Assembly: GCF_044647545.1 (NCBI RefSeq)
Contig: NZ_CP172818.1
Reading direction: 5' to 3' (one strand)
Length of the DNA stretch: 64,000 nt
DNA from: Escherichia coli
Lineage (GTDB): Bacteria; Pseudomonadota; Gammaproteobacteria; Enterobacterales; Enterobacteriaceae
The first letter of the stretch is position 1. Each line of letters begins with the position of its first letter. Positions 27,462 to 44,004 of the stretch are shown piece by piece. Made by a program: the position numbers and the translations under genes. The notes below the pieces were generated by a model. That model was given only the letters and a program-made list of their open reading frames with translations. It was not told the origin of the DNA and did no database searches.

Positions 27462-28913
27462 ATGCATTTTCGCGCCATTACCCGAATCGTTGGACTACTG
27501 GTCATCTTATTTTCAGGGACCATGATTATCCCTGGGCTGGTAGCACTCATCTACCGGGATGGAGCGGGCCGCGCTTTTACCCAGACCTTTTTTGTCGCCC
27601 TCGCCATTGGCTCTATGCTGTGGTGGCCGAACCGCAAAGAGAAGGGCGAACTGAAATCCCGTGAGGGGTTTCTGATAGTGGTGCTGTTCTGGACCGTGCT
27701 GGGTAGCGTCGGTGCGCTCCCTTTTATCTTCTCGGAAAGCCCGAACCTCACGATTACCGATGCGTTTTTTGAATCTTTCTCTGGCCTGACCACCACGGGA
27801 GCCACTACGCTGGTGGGGCTGGATTCGCTCCCTCATGCCATCCTCTTTTATCGCCAGATGCTGCAATGGTTTGGCGGGATGGGGATCATCGTGCTGGCGG
27901 TTGCGATACTGCCTATCCTCGGCGTGGGTGGGATGCAGCTCTATCGCGCAGAAATGCCCGGCCCGCTGAAAGATAACAAAATGCGCCCGCGAATTGCGGA
28001 AACGGCGAAAACCCTGTGGTTGATTTATGTCTTGCTGACCGTCGCCTGTGCGCTGGCGTTGTGGTTTGCCGGAATGGATGCCTTTGATGCCATCGGCCAT
28101 AGCTTTGCGACTATCGCTATTGGCGGCTTCTCGACACATGATGCCAGTATCGGTTATTTCGACAGCCCGACTATTAACACTATCATTGCTATCTTCCTGC
28201 TGATCTCCGGCTGTAACTACGGTCTGCACTTTTCACTGTTAAGTGGGCGTAGTCTGAAGGTTTATTGGCGCGATCCGGAATTTCGCATGTTTATCGGCGT
28301 ACAGTTTACGCTGGTGATTATTTGTACCCTCGTGCTGTGGTTTCATAATGTCTATAGTTCGGCGCTGATGACAATTAACCAGGCGTTTTTCCAGGTGGTG
28401 TCGATGGCGACAACCGCCGGGTTTACGACTGACAGCATTGCCCGCTGGCCGCTCTTTTTGCCGGTACTGCTCTTATGTTCAGCTTTTATCGGCGGTTGTG
28501 CCGGGTCAACGGGCGGTGGCCTGAAAGTGATCCGCATCCTGCTGCTGTTTAAGCAGGGGAACCGTGAGCTGAAACGACTGGTGCATCCGAACGCCGTCTA
28601 CAGCATTAAGCTGGGGAATCGCGCACTGCCGGAACGTATCCTCGAAGCCGTTTGGGGATTTTTCTCCGCCTATGCATTGGTGTTTATTGTCAGTATGCTG
28701 GCGATTATCGCCACGGGCGTGGATGACTTTTCTGCCTTTGCCTCGGTTGTTGCGACATTGAATAACCTGGGGCCAGGGCTTGGTGTGGTTGCTGATAACT
28801 TTACCAGTATGAACCCGGTGGCTAAATGGATCCTGATTGCCAACATGCTGTTTGGTCGTCTTGAGGTCTTTACATTGCTGGTGCTCTTTACCCCGACTTT
28901 CTGGCGTGAATGA
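27462..28913 (+). CDS. trkH: potassium uptake protein TrkH, 483 aa
   Basis: 483-aa polytopic membrane ORF. Confidence 0.95.
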   Translation: MHFRAITRIVGLLVILFSGTMIIPGLVALIYRDGAGRAFTQTFFVALAIGSMLWWPNRKEKGELKSREGFLIVVLFWTVLGSVGALPFIFSESPNLTITDAFFESFSGLTTTGATTLVGLDSLPHAILFYRQMLQWFGGMGIIVLAVAILPILGVGGMQLYRAEMPGPLKDNKMRPRIAETAKTLWLIYVLLTVACALALWFAGMDAFDAIGHSFATIAIGGFSTHDASIGYFDSPTINTIIAIFLLISGCNYGLHFSLLSGRSLKVYWRDPEFRMFIGVQFTLVIICTLVLWFHNVYSSALMTINQAFFQVVSMATTAGFTTDSIARWPLFLPVLLLCSAFIGGCAGSTGGGLKVIRILLLFKQGNRELKRLVHPNAVYSIKLGNRALPERILEAVWGFFSAYALVFIVSMLAIIATGVDDFSAFASVVATLNNLGPGLGVVADNFTSMNPVAKWILIANMLFGRLEVFTLLVLFTPTFWRE

Positions 28914-28924
28914 TGGAGTAATAC

Positions 28925-29470
28925 GTGAAAACATTAATTCTTTTCTCAACAAGGGACGGACAAACGCGCGAGATTGCCTCCTACCTGGCTTCGGAACTGA
29001 AAGAACTGGGTATCCAGGCGGATGTTGCTAATGTACACCGCATTGAAGAACCACAGTGGGAAAACTACGACCGTGTGGTCATTGGAGCTTCTATTCGCTA
29101 CGGTCATTACCATTCAGCGTTCCAGGCATTTGTCAAAAAGCATGCCACCCAGCTGAACTCAATGCCGAGCGCCTTTTACTCTGTCAACCTGGTGGCACGC
29201 AAGCCGGAGAAGCGGACTGTGCAGACCAACAGCTACGCCCGAAAGTTTCTGATGAACTCACAATGGCGCCCCGATCGCTGTGCCGTCATTGCCGGGGCGC
29301 TGCGTTATCCACGCTATCGTTGGTACGACCGTTTTATGATCAAGCTGATTATGAAGATGTCAGGCGGTGAAACGGATACGCGCAAAGAAGTTGTCTATAC
29401 CGATTGGGAGCAGGTGGCGAATTTCGCCCGAGAAATCGCCCATTTAACCGACAAACCGACGCTGAAATAA
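28925..29470 (+). CDS. hemG: protoporphyrinogen IX dehydrogenase (menaquinone-dependent, flavodoxin-like), 181 aa
   Basis: GTG start; 181-aa ORF immediately upstream of rrnA promoters. Confidence 0.93.
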   Translation: MKTLILFSTRDGQTREIASYLASELKELGIQADVANVHRIEEPQWENYDRVVIGASIRYGHYHSAFQAFVKKHATQLNSMPSAFYSVNLVARKPEKRTVQTNSYARKFLMNSQWRPDRCAVIAGALRYPRYRWYDRFMIKLIMKMSGGETDTRKEVVYTDWEQVANFAREIAHLTDKPTLK

Positions 29471-29496
29471 GCATAAAGAATAAAAAATGCGCGGTC

Positions 29497-29547
29497 AGAA
29501 AATTATTTTAAATTTCCTCTTGTCAGGCCGGAATAACTCCCTATAAT
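29497..29547 (+). promoter_or_regulatory. rrnA P1 promoter: A/T-rich UP element, -35 ttgtca (29520-29525), -10 tataat (29542-29547)
   Basis: agaaaattattttaaatttcctcttgtcaggccggaataactccctataatgcg is a canonical rrn P1 sequence. Confidence 0.85.
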
Positions 29548-29638
29548 GCGCCACCACTGACACGGAACAACGGCAAACACGCCGCCGGGTCAGCGGGGTT
29601 CTCCTGAGAATTCCGGCAGAGAAAGCAAAAATAAATGC

Positions 29639-29666
29639 TTGACTCTGTAGCGGGAAAGCGTATTAT
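29639..29666 (+). promoter_or_regulatory. rrnA P2 promoter: -35 ttgact, -10 tattat
   Basis: ttgactctgtagcgggaaagcgtattatgc followed by the leader boxA gctctttaacaa. Confidence 0.8.
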
Positions 29667-29847
29667 GCACACCCCGCGCCGCTGAGAAAAAGCGAAGCGG
29701 CACTGCTCTTTAACAATTTATCAGACAATCTGTGTGGGCACTCGAAGATACGGATTCTTAACGTCGCAAGACGAAAAATGAATACCAAGTCTCAAGAGTG
29801 AACACGTAATTCATTACGAAGTTTAATTCTTTGAGCATCAAACTTTT

Positions 29848-31389
<1,542 letters not shown>

Positions 31390-31457
31390 CCTTAAAGAAG
31401 CGTACTTTGCAGTGCTCACACAGATTGTCTGATGAAAATGAGCAGTAAAACCTCTAC

Positions 31458-31534
<77 letters not shown>

Positions 31535-31576
31535 AATTTGCACCGCAAATTTGAAGAGGTTTTAACTACATGTTAT

Positions 31577-31652
31577 GGGGCTATAGCTCAGCTGGGAGAG
31601 CGCCTGCTTTGCACGCAGGAGGTCTGCGGTTCGATCCCGCATAGCTCCACCA
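31577..31652 (+). tRNA. alaT: tRNA-Ala (UGC), 76 nt, in the 16S-23S spacer
   Basis: ggggctatagctcagctgggagagcgcctgctttgcacgcaggaggtctgcggttcgatcccgcatagctccacca. Confidence 0.97.
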
Positions 31653-31835
31653 TCTCTGTAGTGATTAAATAAAAAATACTTCAGAGTGTACCTGCAAAGG
31701 TTCACTGCGAAGTTTTGCTCTTTAAAAATCTGGATCAAGCTGAAAATTGAAACACTGAACAACGAAAGTTGTTCGTGAGTCTCTCAAATTTTCGCAACAC
31801 GATGATGAGTCGAAAGAAACATCTTCGGGTTGTGA

Positions 31836-34739
<2,904 letters not shown>

Positions 34740-34831
34740 ACAACGCCGAAGGTGTTTTGGCGGATTGAGAGAAGATTTTCAGCCTGATACAGATTAAATC
34801 AGAACGCAGAAGCGGTCTGATAAACAGAATT

Positions 34832-34939
34832 TGCCTGGCGGCCTTAGCGCGGTGGTCCCACCTGACCCCATGCCGAACTCAGAAGTGAAACGCCGTAGCG
34901 CCGATGGTAGTGTGGGGTCTCCCCATGCGAGAGTAGGGA
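34832..34939 (+). rRNA. rrfA: 5S ribosomal RNA, first 108 of 120 nt only; 3' terminal 12 nt (actgccaggcat) replaced by unrelated sequence
   Basis: tgcctggcggcc..ccccatgcgagagtaggga matches 5S, then continues ccacctttttgcg instead of actgccaggcat. Confidence 0.85.
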
Positions 34940-34968
34940 CCACCTTTTTGCGTTGGTGCGGAATAAAT

Positions 34969-35005
34969 GCCGGATGCGACGCTGGCGCGTTTGCTCCAGC
35001 CTACT
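34969..35005. repeat. degenerate REP-like element (gccggatgcgacgctggcgcgtttgctccagcctac)
   Basis: Matches REP consensus except for three positions in the second arm. Confidence 0.5.
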
Positions 35006-35010
35006 CTTGC

Positions 35011-35538
35011 TTATCCGTCCTGCTTTTGCATCCACTCCACCACAAAATCAGCCAGCCCCTCAACATCATTAATATCCAGTAACGCGACATCAAGATTAAG
35101 CGGCACATCACTGGCTACAACAATAACATGTCTGTCTATCACTAATTCTTCTGGTCGATGTCCGGTTCCATCGCGAAACAGCACAATCTTTGCGATCTCT
35201 TCATGCTTAAACCCTTCGACCAGAATCAAATCCAGCTTTGAAGCATCCATCCGGCTTGCGAGAAAATGCAGATCCAGTTCTTCTTCGTCTGGCGTTTCTG
35301 TCATCAAAGCCCATCGTTGCTGGCTGGCAACGATGGTTTGCGCCGCGCCAGCCTTGCGCAGCTCATAGCTATCTTTGCCCGGTTTATCAACATCCATATC
35401 ATGGTGCGTATGCTTAATCAGCCCCGGACGGATCCCTCTGGCGCATAATGCCGGGATCAGTTTTTTCAGCAGCGTCGTTTTTCCGGTGCCACTCCACGCG
35501 GCAAAGGCGAGTAACGGTATCATTGTCTTTCCTGCCAT
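35011..35538 (-). CDS. mobB: molybdopterin-guanine dinucleotide biosynthesis adapter protein MobB, 175 aa
   Basis: P-loop [10 protein letters not shown]; overlaps mobA stop. Confidence 0.92.
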   Translation of the reverse strand: MAGKTMIPLLAFAAWSGTGKTTLLKKLIPALCARGIRPGLIKHTHHDMDVDKPGKDSYELRKAGAAQTIVASQQRWALMTETPDEEELDLHFLASRMDASKLDLILVEGFKHEEIAKIVLFRDGTGHRPEELVIDRHVIVVASDVPLNLDVALLDINDVEGLADFVVEWMQKQDG

Positions 35539-36104
35539 CGGGCAAGCTCCTCTGGCGTATTCACGTTAACAAATGCATCTTTATGATCGCTGAAATCAAC
35601 CGCATGACCGCCAGCCTGACGCATAAATGCCATTACCCGGCGTTCTCCTGCTTGCAAATATTCTTGTAATAAAGGCTCAATAGCGCGGTTTACCAGAGCA
35701 ATAGTCGGGTGATCGCGTTCACCGTCGTGGACCCACACGACAGGCGCATCTTTGCGCTGATGATTAAGCCGGGCGGCTAAATCCTGGGGAATATAAGGCG
35801 TATCGCACGGACAAAACAAAAACCACTCACCCGCTTCCTGCTGCATTACTGAAAGCATTCCTGCCAGAGGGCCTGGGTAATCCGCCAGTGAATCTTCAAT
35901 CACTTTCAGACCGCTTGCCTGATAGATTTCCTGATGACGATTAGCATTAACCACGACGTGAGAGAGCTGCGTCATAAGCGCGTCAGCGACATGTTGCCAT
36001 AATGGTTTGCCGTTTAATTCAAGCAATCCTTTATCTACGCCGCCCATTCGTCTGGCTTTACCGCCTGCCAGCACAACGCCTGTTATCGTCGTCATCAGAT
36101 TCAC
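35520..36104 (-). CDS. mobA: molybdenum cofactor guanylyltransferase MobA, 194 aa
   Basis: [30 protein letters not shown].. canonical MobA. Confidence 0.95.
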
Positions 36105-36173
36105 CGATATCGCCTCTTTTATTGTGGGATTGACCCTGCTAACGTGTCTGTCTCAAGAGTAAGGAGCATTACT

Positions 36174-36443
36174 ATGAAATGTAAACGTCTGAATGAAGTT
36201 ATTGAACTCCTCCAGCCAGCCTGGCAAAAAGAGCCAGACCTTAACCTGCTGCAATTTTTGCAGAAACTGGCGAAAGAGTCAGGTTTTGACGGCGAACTGG
36301 CGGATTTGACGGATGACATTCTGATCTATCACCTGAAAATGCGTGATTCCGCGAAAGATGCGGTGATTCCGGGTTTGCAGAAAGATTATGAAGAAGATTT
36401 CAAAACGGCGCTATTACGCGCACGTGGCGTAATTAAAGAGTAA
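36174..36443 (+). CDS. yihD: DUF1040 family protein YihD, 89 aa
   Basis: [42 protein letters not shown].. Confidence 0.88.
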
Positions 36444-36519
36444 AAGCTTGTAAGCGGTGCCACCAAAATCATCATGAAATGATATCCTTCATCATTCGTA
36501 ATGTTTTCCGGATGATGGG

Positions 36520-37506
36520 ATGAACAACAGCGCTTTTACTTTCCAGACACTACACCCGGATACCATCATGGATGCTCTGTTTGAGCAAGGGATCCGGGTG
36601 GATTCCGGTCTTACCCCGCTTAACAGCTATGAAAACCGTGTCTATCAATTTCAGGACGAAGATCGTCGACGTTTTGTCGTCAAATTTTATCGTCCTGAAC
36701 GTTGGACAGCCGATCAAATCCTCGAAGAACATCAATTTGCGTTGCAGTTGGTAAATGATGAAGTTCCGGTCGCAGCACCTGTGGCCTTTAACGGTCAGAC
36801 TTTATTGAATCATCAGGGATTTTATTTCGCTGTTTTTCCAGGCGTCGGTGGTCGCCAGTTCGAAGCTGATAATATCGATCAGATGGAAGCGGTTGGGCGT
36901 TATTTAGGGCGTATGCACCAGACGGGGCGCAAACAGCTTTTTATCCATCGCCCGACCATCGGTCTGAATGAATATCTCATTGAGCCTCGCAAGCTGTTTG
37001 AGGACGCTACACTGATACCTTCCGGGTTGAAAGCGGCATTTCTGAAAGCGACAGATGAGCTGATCGCCGCCGTTACAGCACACTGGCGGGAAGATTTCAC
37101 CGTTCTGCGGCTACATGGAGACTGCCACGCTGGGAATATTCTCTGGCGCGATGGTCCAATGTTTGTTGATCTGGATGATGCACGTAATGGTCCGGCTATT
37201 CAGGATTTGTGGATGTTGCTCAATGGCGATAAAGCCGAGCAGCGGATGCAACTGGAAACTATTATTGAAGCTTATGAAGAATTTAGCGAGTTCGACACTG
37301 CTGAAATCGGACTGATTGAACCTTTACGCGCCATGCGTTTGGTTTATTATCTTGCCTGGCTAATGCGGCGTTGGGCTGATCCCGCGTTCCCGAAAAATTT
37401 CCCGTGGTTAACCGGGGAAGATTACTGGCTACGACAGACGGCGACTTTTATAGAACAGGCAAAAGTTCTACAAGAACCCCCTTTGCAATTAACACCTATG
37501 TATTAA
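36520..37506 (+). CDS. srkA: stress response Ser/Thr protein kinase SrkA (RdoA), 328 aa
   Basis: 328-aa ORF with aminoglycoside-phosphotransferase-like kinase motifs (HGDCHAGN, DLDD). Confidence 0.92.
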   Translation: MNNSAFTFQTLHPDTIMDALFEQGIRVDSGLTPLNSYENRVYQFQDEDRRRFVVKFYRPERWTADQILEEHQFALQLVNDEVPVAAPVAFNGQTLLNHQGFYFAVFPGVGGRQFEADNIDQMEAVGRYLGRMHQTGRKQLFIHRPTIGLNEYLIEPRKLFEDATLIPSGLKAAFLKATDELIAAVTAHWREDFTVLRLHGDCHAGNILWRDGPMFVDLDDARNGPAIQDLWMLLNGDKAEQRMQLETIIEAYEEFSEFDTAEIGLIEPLRAMRLVYYLAWLMRRWADPAFPKNFPWLTGEDYWLRQTATFIEQAKVLQEPPLQLTPMY

Positions 37507-37522
37507 TCGGAGAGAGTAGATC

Positions 37523-38149
37523 ATGAAAAAGATTTGGCTGGCGCTGGCTGGTTTAGTTTTAGCGTTTAGCGCATCGGCGGCGCAGTATGAAGATGGTAAA
37601 CAGTACACTACCCTGGAAAAACCAGTTGCTGGCGCGCCGCAAGTGCTGGAGTTTTTCTCTTTCTTCTGCCCGCACTGCTATCAGTTTGAAGAAGTTCTGC
37701 ATATTTCTGATAACGTGAAGAAAAAACTGCCGGAAGGCGTGAAGATGACTAAATACCACGTCAACTTCATGGGTGGTGACCTGGGCAAAGATCTGACTCA
37801 GGCATGGGCAGTGGCGATGGCACTGGGCGTGGAAGACAAAGTCACTGTTCCGCTGTTTGAAGGCGTACAGAAAACCCAGACCATTCGTTCAGCATCTGAT
37901 ATCCGCGATGTATTTATCAACGCAGGTATTAAAGGTGAAGAGTACGACGCGGCGTGGAACAGCTTCGTGGTGAAATCCCTGGTCGCTCAGCAGGAAAAAG
38001 CTGCAGCTGACGTGCAATTGCGTGGCGTTCCGGCGATGTTTGTTAACGGTAAATATCAGCTGAATCCGCAGGGTATGGATACCAGCAATATGGATGTTTT
38101 TGTTCAGCAGTATGCTGATACTGTGAAATATCTGTCCGAGAAAAAATAA
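37523..38149 (+). CDS. dsbA: periplasmic thiol:disulfide oxidoreductase DsbA, 208 aa
   Basis: Signal peptide plus CPHC active site ([14 protein letters not shown]). Confidence 0.97.
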
Positions 38150-38166
38150 TTCAATGTAAATTACAT

Positions 38167-38197
38167 AAAGCCCGTGAATATTCACGGGCTTTTTTTA
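38167..38197 (+). terminator. intrinsic terminator downstream of dsbA
   Basis: aaagcccgtgaatattcacgggcttttttt hairpin plus T-run. Confidence 0.8.
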
Positions 38198-38303
38198 TTA
38201 TTTAATAAATATAAATACATTCTGATAATGCATCCCGCCGCTGGACATTATTTCAGCATAAGTGGATATTCAAAGCTTTGCTGTTTTATCAGGGAATATT
38301 TAT

Positions 38304-39734
38304 ATGATACGTAAGTCAGCTACAGGTGTTATTGTTGCGTTAGCCGTAATCTGGGGTGGTGGCACATGGTACACAGGTACGCAAATTCAGCCTGGTGTCG
38401 AAAAGTTTATTAAAGATTTTAACGATGCTAAAAAGAAAGGTGAACATGCCTACGATATGACGTTAAGTTATAAAAACTTTGACAAAGGCTTTTTTAATTC
38501 TCATTTTCAAATGCAAATAACATTTGATAACGGTGCACCCGATCTCAATATCAAGCCAGGCCAGAAAGTTGCATTTGATGTGGATGTTGAGCACGGTCCG
38601 TTGCCCATCACAATGTTAATGCGTGGTAATGTCATCCCCGCACTGGCAGCGGCAAAAGTGAACTTAGTGAATAATGAACTGACACAACCGCTATTTATCG
38701 CCGCAAAAAATAAATCGCCCGTGGAAGCGACATTGCGATTCGCGTTTGGTGGCTCATTCTCCACGACATTAGATGTTGCCCCTGCAAAATATGGAAAGTT
38801 TTCTTTTGGTGAGGGCCAGTTTACTTTTAATGGTGATGGTAGTTCATTGTCTAACCTGGATAGTGAAGGCAAAGTCGAAGATATTGTTCTGCAATTTTCA
38901 CCAATGAACAAAGTAACGGCGAAAAGTTTTACCTTTGATTCTCTGACACGATTAGAAGAAAAGAAATTTCCGGTTGGTGAAAGCGAGTCGAAATTTAATC
39001 AGGTTAATATTATCAACCAGGGGGAAGTCGTTGCCCAAATCGATGCTTTCGTTGCAAAAACCAGGCTGGATCGCGTTAAAGACAAAGATTATATCAATGT
39101 CAATCTGACCTACGAACTTGATAAGTTAATAAAAGGGAATCAGCAACTCGGTAGTGGTGAGTGGTCATTGATTGCTGAATCTATTGATCCATCAGCGGTG
39201 CGCCAATTTATCATCCAGTATAACATTGCGATGCAGAAGCAGCTTGCTGCACACCCTGAGTTAGCAAACGATGAAGTTGCTCTGCAAGAAGTGAATGCTG
39301 CATTGTTCAAAGAGTATTTACCGTTATTACAAAAAAGTGAGCCGACCATTAAACAACCGGTAAGATGGAAGAACGCACTCGGCGAACTAAATGCCAATCT
39401 GGATATCAGTATTGCCGACCCAGCCAAATCTTCATCATCCACAAACAAAGATATCAAATCGCTCAATTTTGATGTGAAGTTACCGCTTAATGTCGTCACA
39501 GAAACCGCAAAACAGCTTAATTTATCTGAAGGAATGGATGCGGAAAAAGCGCAAAAGCAGGCTGATAAACAAATCAGCGGGATGATGACATTAGGTCAGA
39601 TGTTTCAGTTAATCACGATTGACAACAATACCGCCTCGCTGCAGCTGCGTTATACACCGGGTAAAGTTGTTTTTAACGGACAGGAGATGAGCGAAGAAGA
39701 ATTTATGTCTCGTGCCGGACGTTTTGTTCATTAA
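38304..39734 (+). CDS. yihF: DUF945/GTP-binding family protein YihF, about 476 aa (track ORF starts at 38262)
   Basis: Start chosen at MIRKSATGVIVALAV (signal/TM-like N-terminus). Confidence 0.85.
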   Translation: MIRKSATGVIVALAVIWGGGTWYTGTQIQPGVEKFIKDFNDAKKKGEHAYDMTLSYKNFDKGFFNSHFQMQITFDNGAPDLNIKPGQKVAFDVDVEHGPLPITMLMRGNVIPALAAAKVNLVNNELTQPLFIAAKNKSPVEATLRFAFGGSFSTTLDVAPAKYGKFSFGEGQFTFNGDGSSLSNLDSEGKVEDIVLQFSPMNKVTAKSFTFDSLTRLEEKKFPVGESESKFNQVNIINQGEVVAQIDAFVAKTRLDRVKDKDYINVNLTYELDKLIKGNQQLGSGEWSLIAESIDPSAVRQFIIQYNIAMQKQLAAHPELANDEVALQEVNAALFKEYLPLLQKSEPTIKQPVRWKNALGELNANLDISIADPAKSSSSTNKDIKSLNFDVKLPLNVVTETAKQLNLSEGMDAEKAQKQADKQISGMMTLGQMFQLITIDNNTASLQLRYTPGKVVFNGQEMSEEEFMSRAGRFVH

Positions 39735-39774
39735 AATACTCACTCGCCTCTGCTCATTCAGAGGCGAGTAAAAC

Positions 39775-40707
39775 TTACTTTTCCTGCCGCTGTGATGACA
39801 TGAGAGACGTCAGAAGCCGGTCTTTTTCCTGCCACAATGAGTTCAGCCATTGCTGAAAATGGCGCTTAAAGCTTTTGTCATTGATGTAGTCGCCATGTAA
39901 CTCATCGGCAATAGGCTGTAAATCCACATGTACGACAATTCGCGTCAGTTTACCGCTTAACATATCGAAGAACGGCTGACGGTTATTGTCCGGATAACAC
40001 AGCGTAACATTAAGCAGTTTATCGAATTGTTTACCCAGTACATTTAGCGCCATCGCAATGCCTGCCGCCTTTGGTGGCAACAAGTTTTGAAAAGTGGAGT
40101 GGGTTTGCTGATGTTTTTCTTGCGTGAAACGGGAGCCTTCAACGAAATTGACAATGGTGGTGGGATGCAGGCGAAACTTTTCACAAGAACGCCGAGTGGT
40201 TTCAACATCTTTACCACGTCGCTCCGGATGACGTAATAAATAAGCGCGGGAATAACGCTTCATAAACGGCATATCCAGCGCCCAGCACGCCAGGCCAAGA
40301 AATGGCACCCAGGCCAGCTGTTGCTTGAGGAAATATTTATTCATCGGAATGTGCTTACGAAACAGCACGCACAGTACGACAATATCTGCCCAACTACGGT
40401 GGTTACAAATAAGCAGATACCAGTTCTTCTTACTTAACCCTTCCAGCCCGTGAACTTCCCATTGCAGGTGTGGGTTCAGATGCAGTAATACCGCCAGACC
40501 TTCACACCAGCAATACATCATAAAATCACAAAAACGCGAAACCTTTCGCCAAATGACTGGCACAGGTAGCAATAGTTTTACAATCCCGGCAATGATGATC
40601 GGGACGGAGCAAAAAATAGTGACCAAAATGGTCAATACGATACTCAGCAAAAGGGTTATCGCAGCGAGTATTCTCGTCATAATGAATTTATTCAAAAGGT
40701 TAGCCAT
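39775..40707 (-). CDS. yihG: putative lysophospholipid acyltransferase YihG, about 310 aa
   Basis: PlsC-like acyltransferase ORF; start at internal Met MANLLNKF of the 318-aa track ORF. Confidence 0.85.
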   Translation of the reverse strand: MANLLNKFIMTRILAAITLLLSIVLTILVTIFCSVPIIIAGIVKLLLPVPVIWRKVSRFCDFMMYCWCEGLAVLLHLNPHLQWEVHGLEGLSKKNWYLLICNHRSWADIVVLCVLFRKHIPMNKYFLKQQLAWVPFLGLACWALDMPFMKRYSRAYLLRHPERRGKDVETTRRSCEKFRLHPTTIVNFVEGSRFTQEKHQQTHSTFQNLLPPKAAGIAMALNVLGKQFDKLLNVTLCYPDNNRQPFFDMLSGKLTRIVVHVDLQPIADELHGDYINDKSFKRHFQQWLNSLWQEKDRLLTSLMSSQRQEK

Positions 40708-41070
40708 AGACAGTGCGCTAAAGGAGCGCAAGGCGCAGATTTTAGCAGAAAACGCCCCAAATAACGGATGATCCTTAAGGAGAAAAATAATTCATATCTA
40801 TCCACATTAGAAAAAATCCCATTATCTCAATTATTAGGGATGGCTTTATTTTTAACTACATGAAAAACAAAGACAAACATCATGCTGTAAAAAGCATGAT
40901 AATAAATTAAAAGTGATGTAAATAATTTATGCACAAAGTTATCCACATGACGATTTGCGAGCGATCCAGAAGATCTACAAAAGATTTTCACGAAAAGCGG
41001 TGAAAAACTCATGTTTTCATCCTGTCTGTGGCATCCTTTACCCATAATCTGATAAACAGGCACGGACATT

Positions 41071-43857
41071 ATGGTTCAGATCCCCCAAAATCCACTTATC
41101 CTTGTAGATGGTTCATCTTATCTTTATCGCGCATATCACGCGTTTCCCCCGCTGACTAACAGCGCAGGCGAGCCGACTGGTGCGATGTATGGTGTCCTCA
41201 ACATGCTGCGCAGTCTGATCATGCAATATAAACCGACGCATGCAGCGGTGGTCTTTGACGCCAAGGGAAAAACCTTTCGTGATGAACTGTTTGAACATTA
41301 CAAATCACATCGCCCGCCAATGCCGGACGATCTGCGAGCACAAATCGAACCTCTGCACGCGATGGTTAAAGCGATGGGACTGCCGCTGCTGGCGGTTTCT
41401 GGCGTAGAAGCGGACGACGTTATTGGTACTCTGGCGCGCGAAGCCGAAAAAGCCGGGCGTCCGGTGCTGATCAGCACTGGCGATAAAGATATGGCGCAGC
41501 TGGTGACACCAAATATCACGCTTATCAACACCATGACGAATACCATCCTCGGACCGGAAGAGGTGGTGAATAAGTACGGCGTGCCGCCAGAACTGATCAT
41601 CGATTTCCTGGCGCTGATGGGTGACTCCTCTGATAACATTCCTGGCGTACCGGGCGTCGGTGAAAAAACCGCGCAGGCATTGCTGCAAGGTCTTGGCGGA
41701 CTGGATACGCTGTATGCCGAGCCAGAAAAAATTGCTGGGTTGAGCTTCCGTGGCGCGAAAACAATGGCAGCGAAGCTCGAGCAAAACAAAGAAGTTGCTT
41801 ATCTCTCATACCAGCTGGCGACGATTAAAACCGACGTTGAACTGGAGCTGACCTGTGAACAACTGGAAGTGCAGCCACCGGCGGCGGAAGAGTTGTTAGG
41901 GCTGTTCAAAAAGTATGAGTTCAAACGCTGGACTGCTGATGTCGAAGCGGGCAAATGGCTACAGGCCAAAGGGGCGAAACCCGCAGCCAAGCCGCAGGAA
42001 ACCAGTGTTGCAGACGAAGCGCCAGAAGTGACGGCAACGGTGATTTCTTATGACAACTACGTCACCATCCTTGATGAAGAAACACTGAAAGAGTGGATTG
42101 CGAAGCTGGAAAAAGCGCCGGTATTTGCATTTGATACCGAAACCGACAGCCTTGATAACATCTCTGCTAACCTGGTCGGGCTTTCTTTTGCTATCGAGCC
42201 AGGCGTAGCGGCATATATTCCGGTTGCTCATGATTATCTTGATGCGCCCGATCAAATCTCTCGCGAGCGTGCACTCGAGTTGCTAAAACCGCTGCTGGAA
42301 GATGAAAAGGCGCTGAAGGTCGGGCAAAACCTGAAATACGATCGCGGTATTCTGGCGAACTACGGCATTGAACTACGTGGGATTGCGTTTGATACCATGC
42401 TGGAGTCCTACATTCTCAATAGCGTTGCCGGGCGTCACGATATGGACAGCCTCGCGGAACGTTGGTTGAAGCACAAAACCATCACTTTTGAAGAGATTGC
42501 GGGTAAAGGCAAAAATCAACTGACCTTTAACCAGATTGCCCTCGAAGAAGCCGGACGTTACGCCGCCGAAGATGCAGATGTCACCTTGCAGTTGCATCTG
42601 AAAATGTGGCCGGATCTGCAAAAACACAAAGGGCCGTTGAACGTCTTCGAGAATATCGAAATGCCGCTGGTGCCGGTGCTTTCACGCATTGAACGTAACG
42701 GTGTGAAGATCGATCCGAAAGTACTGCACAATCACTCTGAAGAGCTCACCTTGCGTCTGGCTGAGCTGGAAAAGAAAGCGCATGAAATTGCAGGTGAAGA
42801 ATTTAACCTTTCTTCCACCAAGCAGTTACAAACCATTCTGTTTGAAAAACAGGGCATTAAACCGCTGAAGAAAACGCCGGGTGGCGCGCCGTCAACGTCG
42901 GAAGAGGTACTGGAAGAACTGGCGCTGGACTATCCGTTGCCAAAAGTGATTCTGGAGTATCGTGGTCTGGCGAAGCTGAAATCGACCTACACCGACAAGC
43001 TGCCGCTGATGATCAACCCGAAAACCGGGCGTGTACATACCTCTTATCACCAGGCAGTAACCGCAACGGGACGTTTATCGTCAACCGATCCTAACCTGCA
43101 AAACATTCCGGTGCGTAATGAAGAAGGTCGTCGTATCCGCCAGGCGTTTATTGCGCCAGAGGATTATGTGATTGTCTCGGCGGACTACTCGCAGATTGAA
43201 CTGCGCATTATGGCGCATCTCTCGCGTGACAAAGGCTTGCTGACCGCATTCGCGGAAGGAAAAGATATCCACCGGGCTACGGCGGCAGAAGTGTTTGGTT
43301 TGCCACTGGAAACCGTAACCAGCGAGCAACGCCGTAGCGCGAAAGCGATCAACTTTGGTCTGATTTATGGCATGAGTGCTTTCGGCCTGGCGCGGCAATT
43401 GAACATTCCACGTAAAGAAGCGCAGAAGTACATGGACCTTTACTTCGAACGCTACCCTGGCGTGCTGGAGTATATGGAACGCACCCGTGCTCAGGCGAAA
43501 GAGCAGGGCTACGTTGAAACGCTGGACGGACGCCGTCTGTATCTGCCGGATATCAAATCCAGCAATGGTGCTCGTCGTGCAGCGGCTGAACGTGCAGCCA
43601 TTAACGCGCCAATGCAGGGAACCGCCGCCGACATTATCAAACGGGCGATGATTGCCGTTGATGCGTGGCTACAGGCTGAGCAACCGCGTGTACGTATGAT
43701 CATGCAGGTACACGATGAACTGGTATTTGAAGTTCATAAAGATGATGTCGATGCCGTCGCGAAGCAGATTCATCAACTGATGGAAAACTGTACCCGTCTG
43801 GATGTGCCGTTGCTGGTGGAAGTGGGGAGTGGCGAAAACTGGGATCAGGCGCACTAA
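41071..43857 (+). CDS. polA: DNA polymerase I, 928 aa
   Basis: [25 protein letters not shown].. 5'-3' exonuclease, 3'-5' exonuclease and polymerase domains. Confidence 0.98.
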   Translation: MVQIPQNPLILVDGSSYLYRAYHAFPPLTNSAGEPTGAMYGVLNMLRSLIMQYKPTHAAVVFDAKGKTFRDELFEHYKSHRPPMPDDLRAQIEPLHAMVKAMGLPLLAVSGVEADDVIGTLAREAEKAGRPVLISTGDKDMAQLVTPNITLINTMTNTILGPEEVVNKYGVPPELIIDFLALMGDSSDNIPGVPGVGEKTAQALLQGLGGLDTLYAEPEKIAGLSFRGAKTMAAKLEQNKEVAYLSYQLATIKTDVELELTCEQLEVQPPAAEELLGLFKKYEFKRWTADVEAGKWLQAKGAKPAAKPQETSVADEAPEVTATVISYDNYVTILDEETLKEWIAKLEKAPVFAFDTETDSLDNISANLVGLSFAIEPGVAAYIPVAHDYLDAPDQISRERALELLKPLLEDEKALKVGQNLKYDRGILANYGIELRGIAFDTMLESYILNSVAGRHDMDSLAERWLKHKTITFEEIAGKGKNQLTFNQIALEEAGRYAAEDADVTLQLHLKMWPDLQKHKGPLNVFENIEMPLVPVLSRIERNGVKIDPKVLHNHSEELTLRLAELEKKAHEIAGEEFNLSSTKQLQTILFEKQGIKPLKKTPGGAPSTSEEVLEELALDYPLPKVILEYRGLAKLKSTYTDKLPLMINPKTGRVHTSYHQAVTATGRLSSTDPNLQNIPVRNEEGRRIRQAFIAPEDYVIVSADYSQIELRIMAHLSRDKGLLTAFAEGKDIHRATAAEVFGLPLETVTSEQRRSAKAINFGLIYGMSAFGLARQLNIPRKEAQKYMDLYFERYPGVLEYMERTRAQAKEQGYVETLDGRRLYLPDIKSSNGARRAAAERAAINAPMQGTAADIIKRAMIAVDAWLQAEQPRVRMIMQVHDELVFEVHKDDVDAVAKQIHQLMENCTRLDVPLLVEVGSGENWDQAH

Positions 43858-44004
43858 GATTCGCCTGAACATGCCCTTTTTTCGTAAGTAAGCAACATAA
43901 GCTGTCACGTTTTGTGATGGCTATTAGAAATTCCTATGCAACAACTGAAAAAAAATTACAAAAAATGCTTTCTGAACTGAACAAAAAAGAGTAAAGTTAG
44001 TCGC

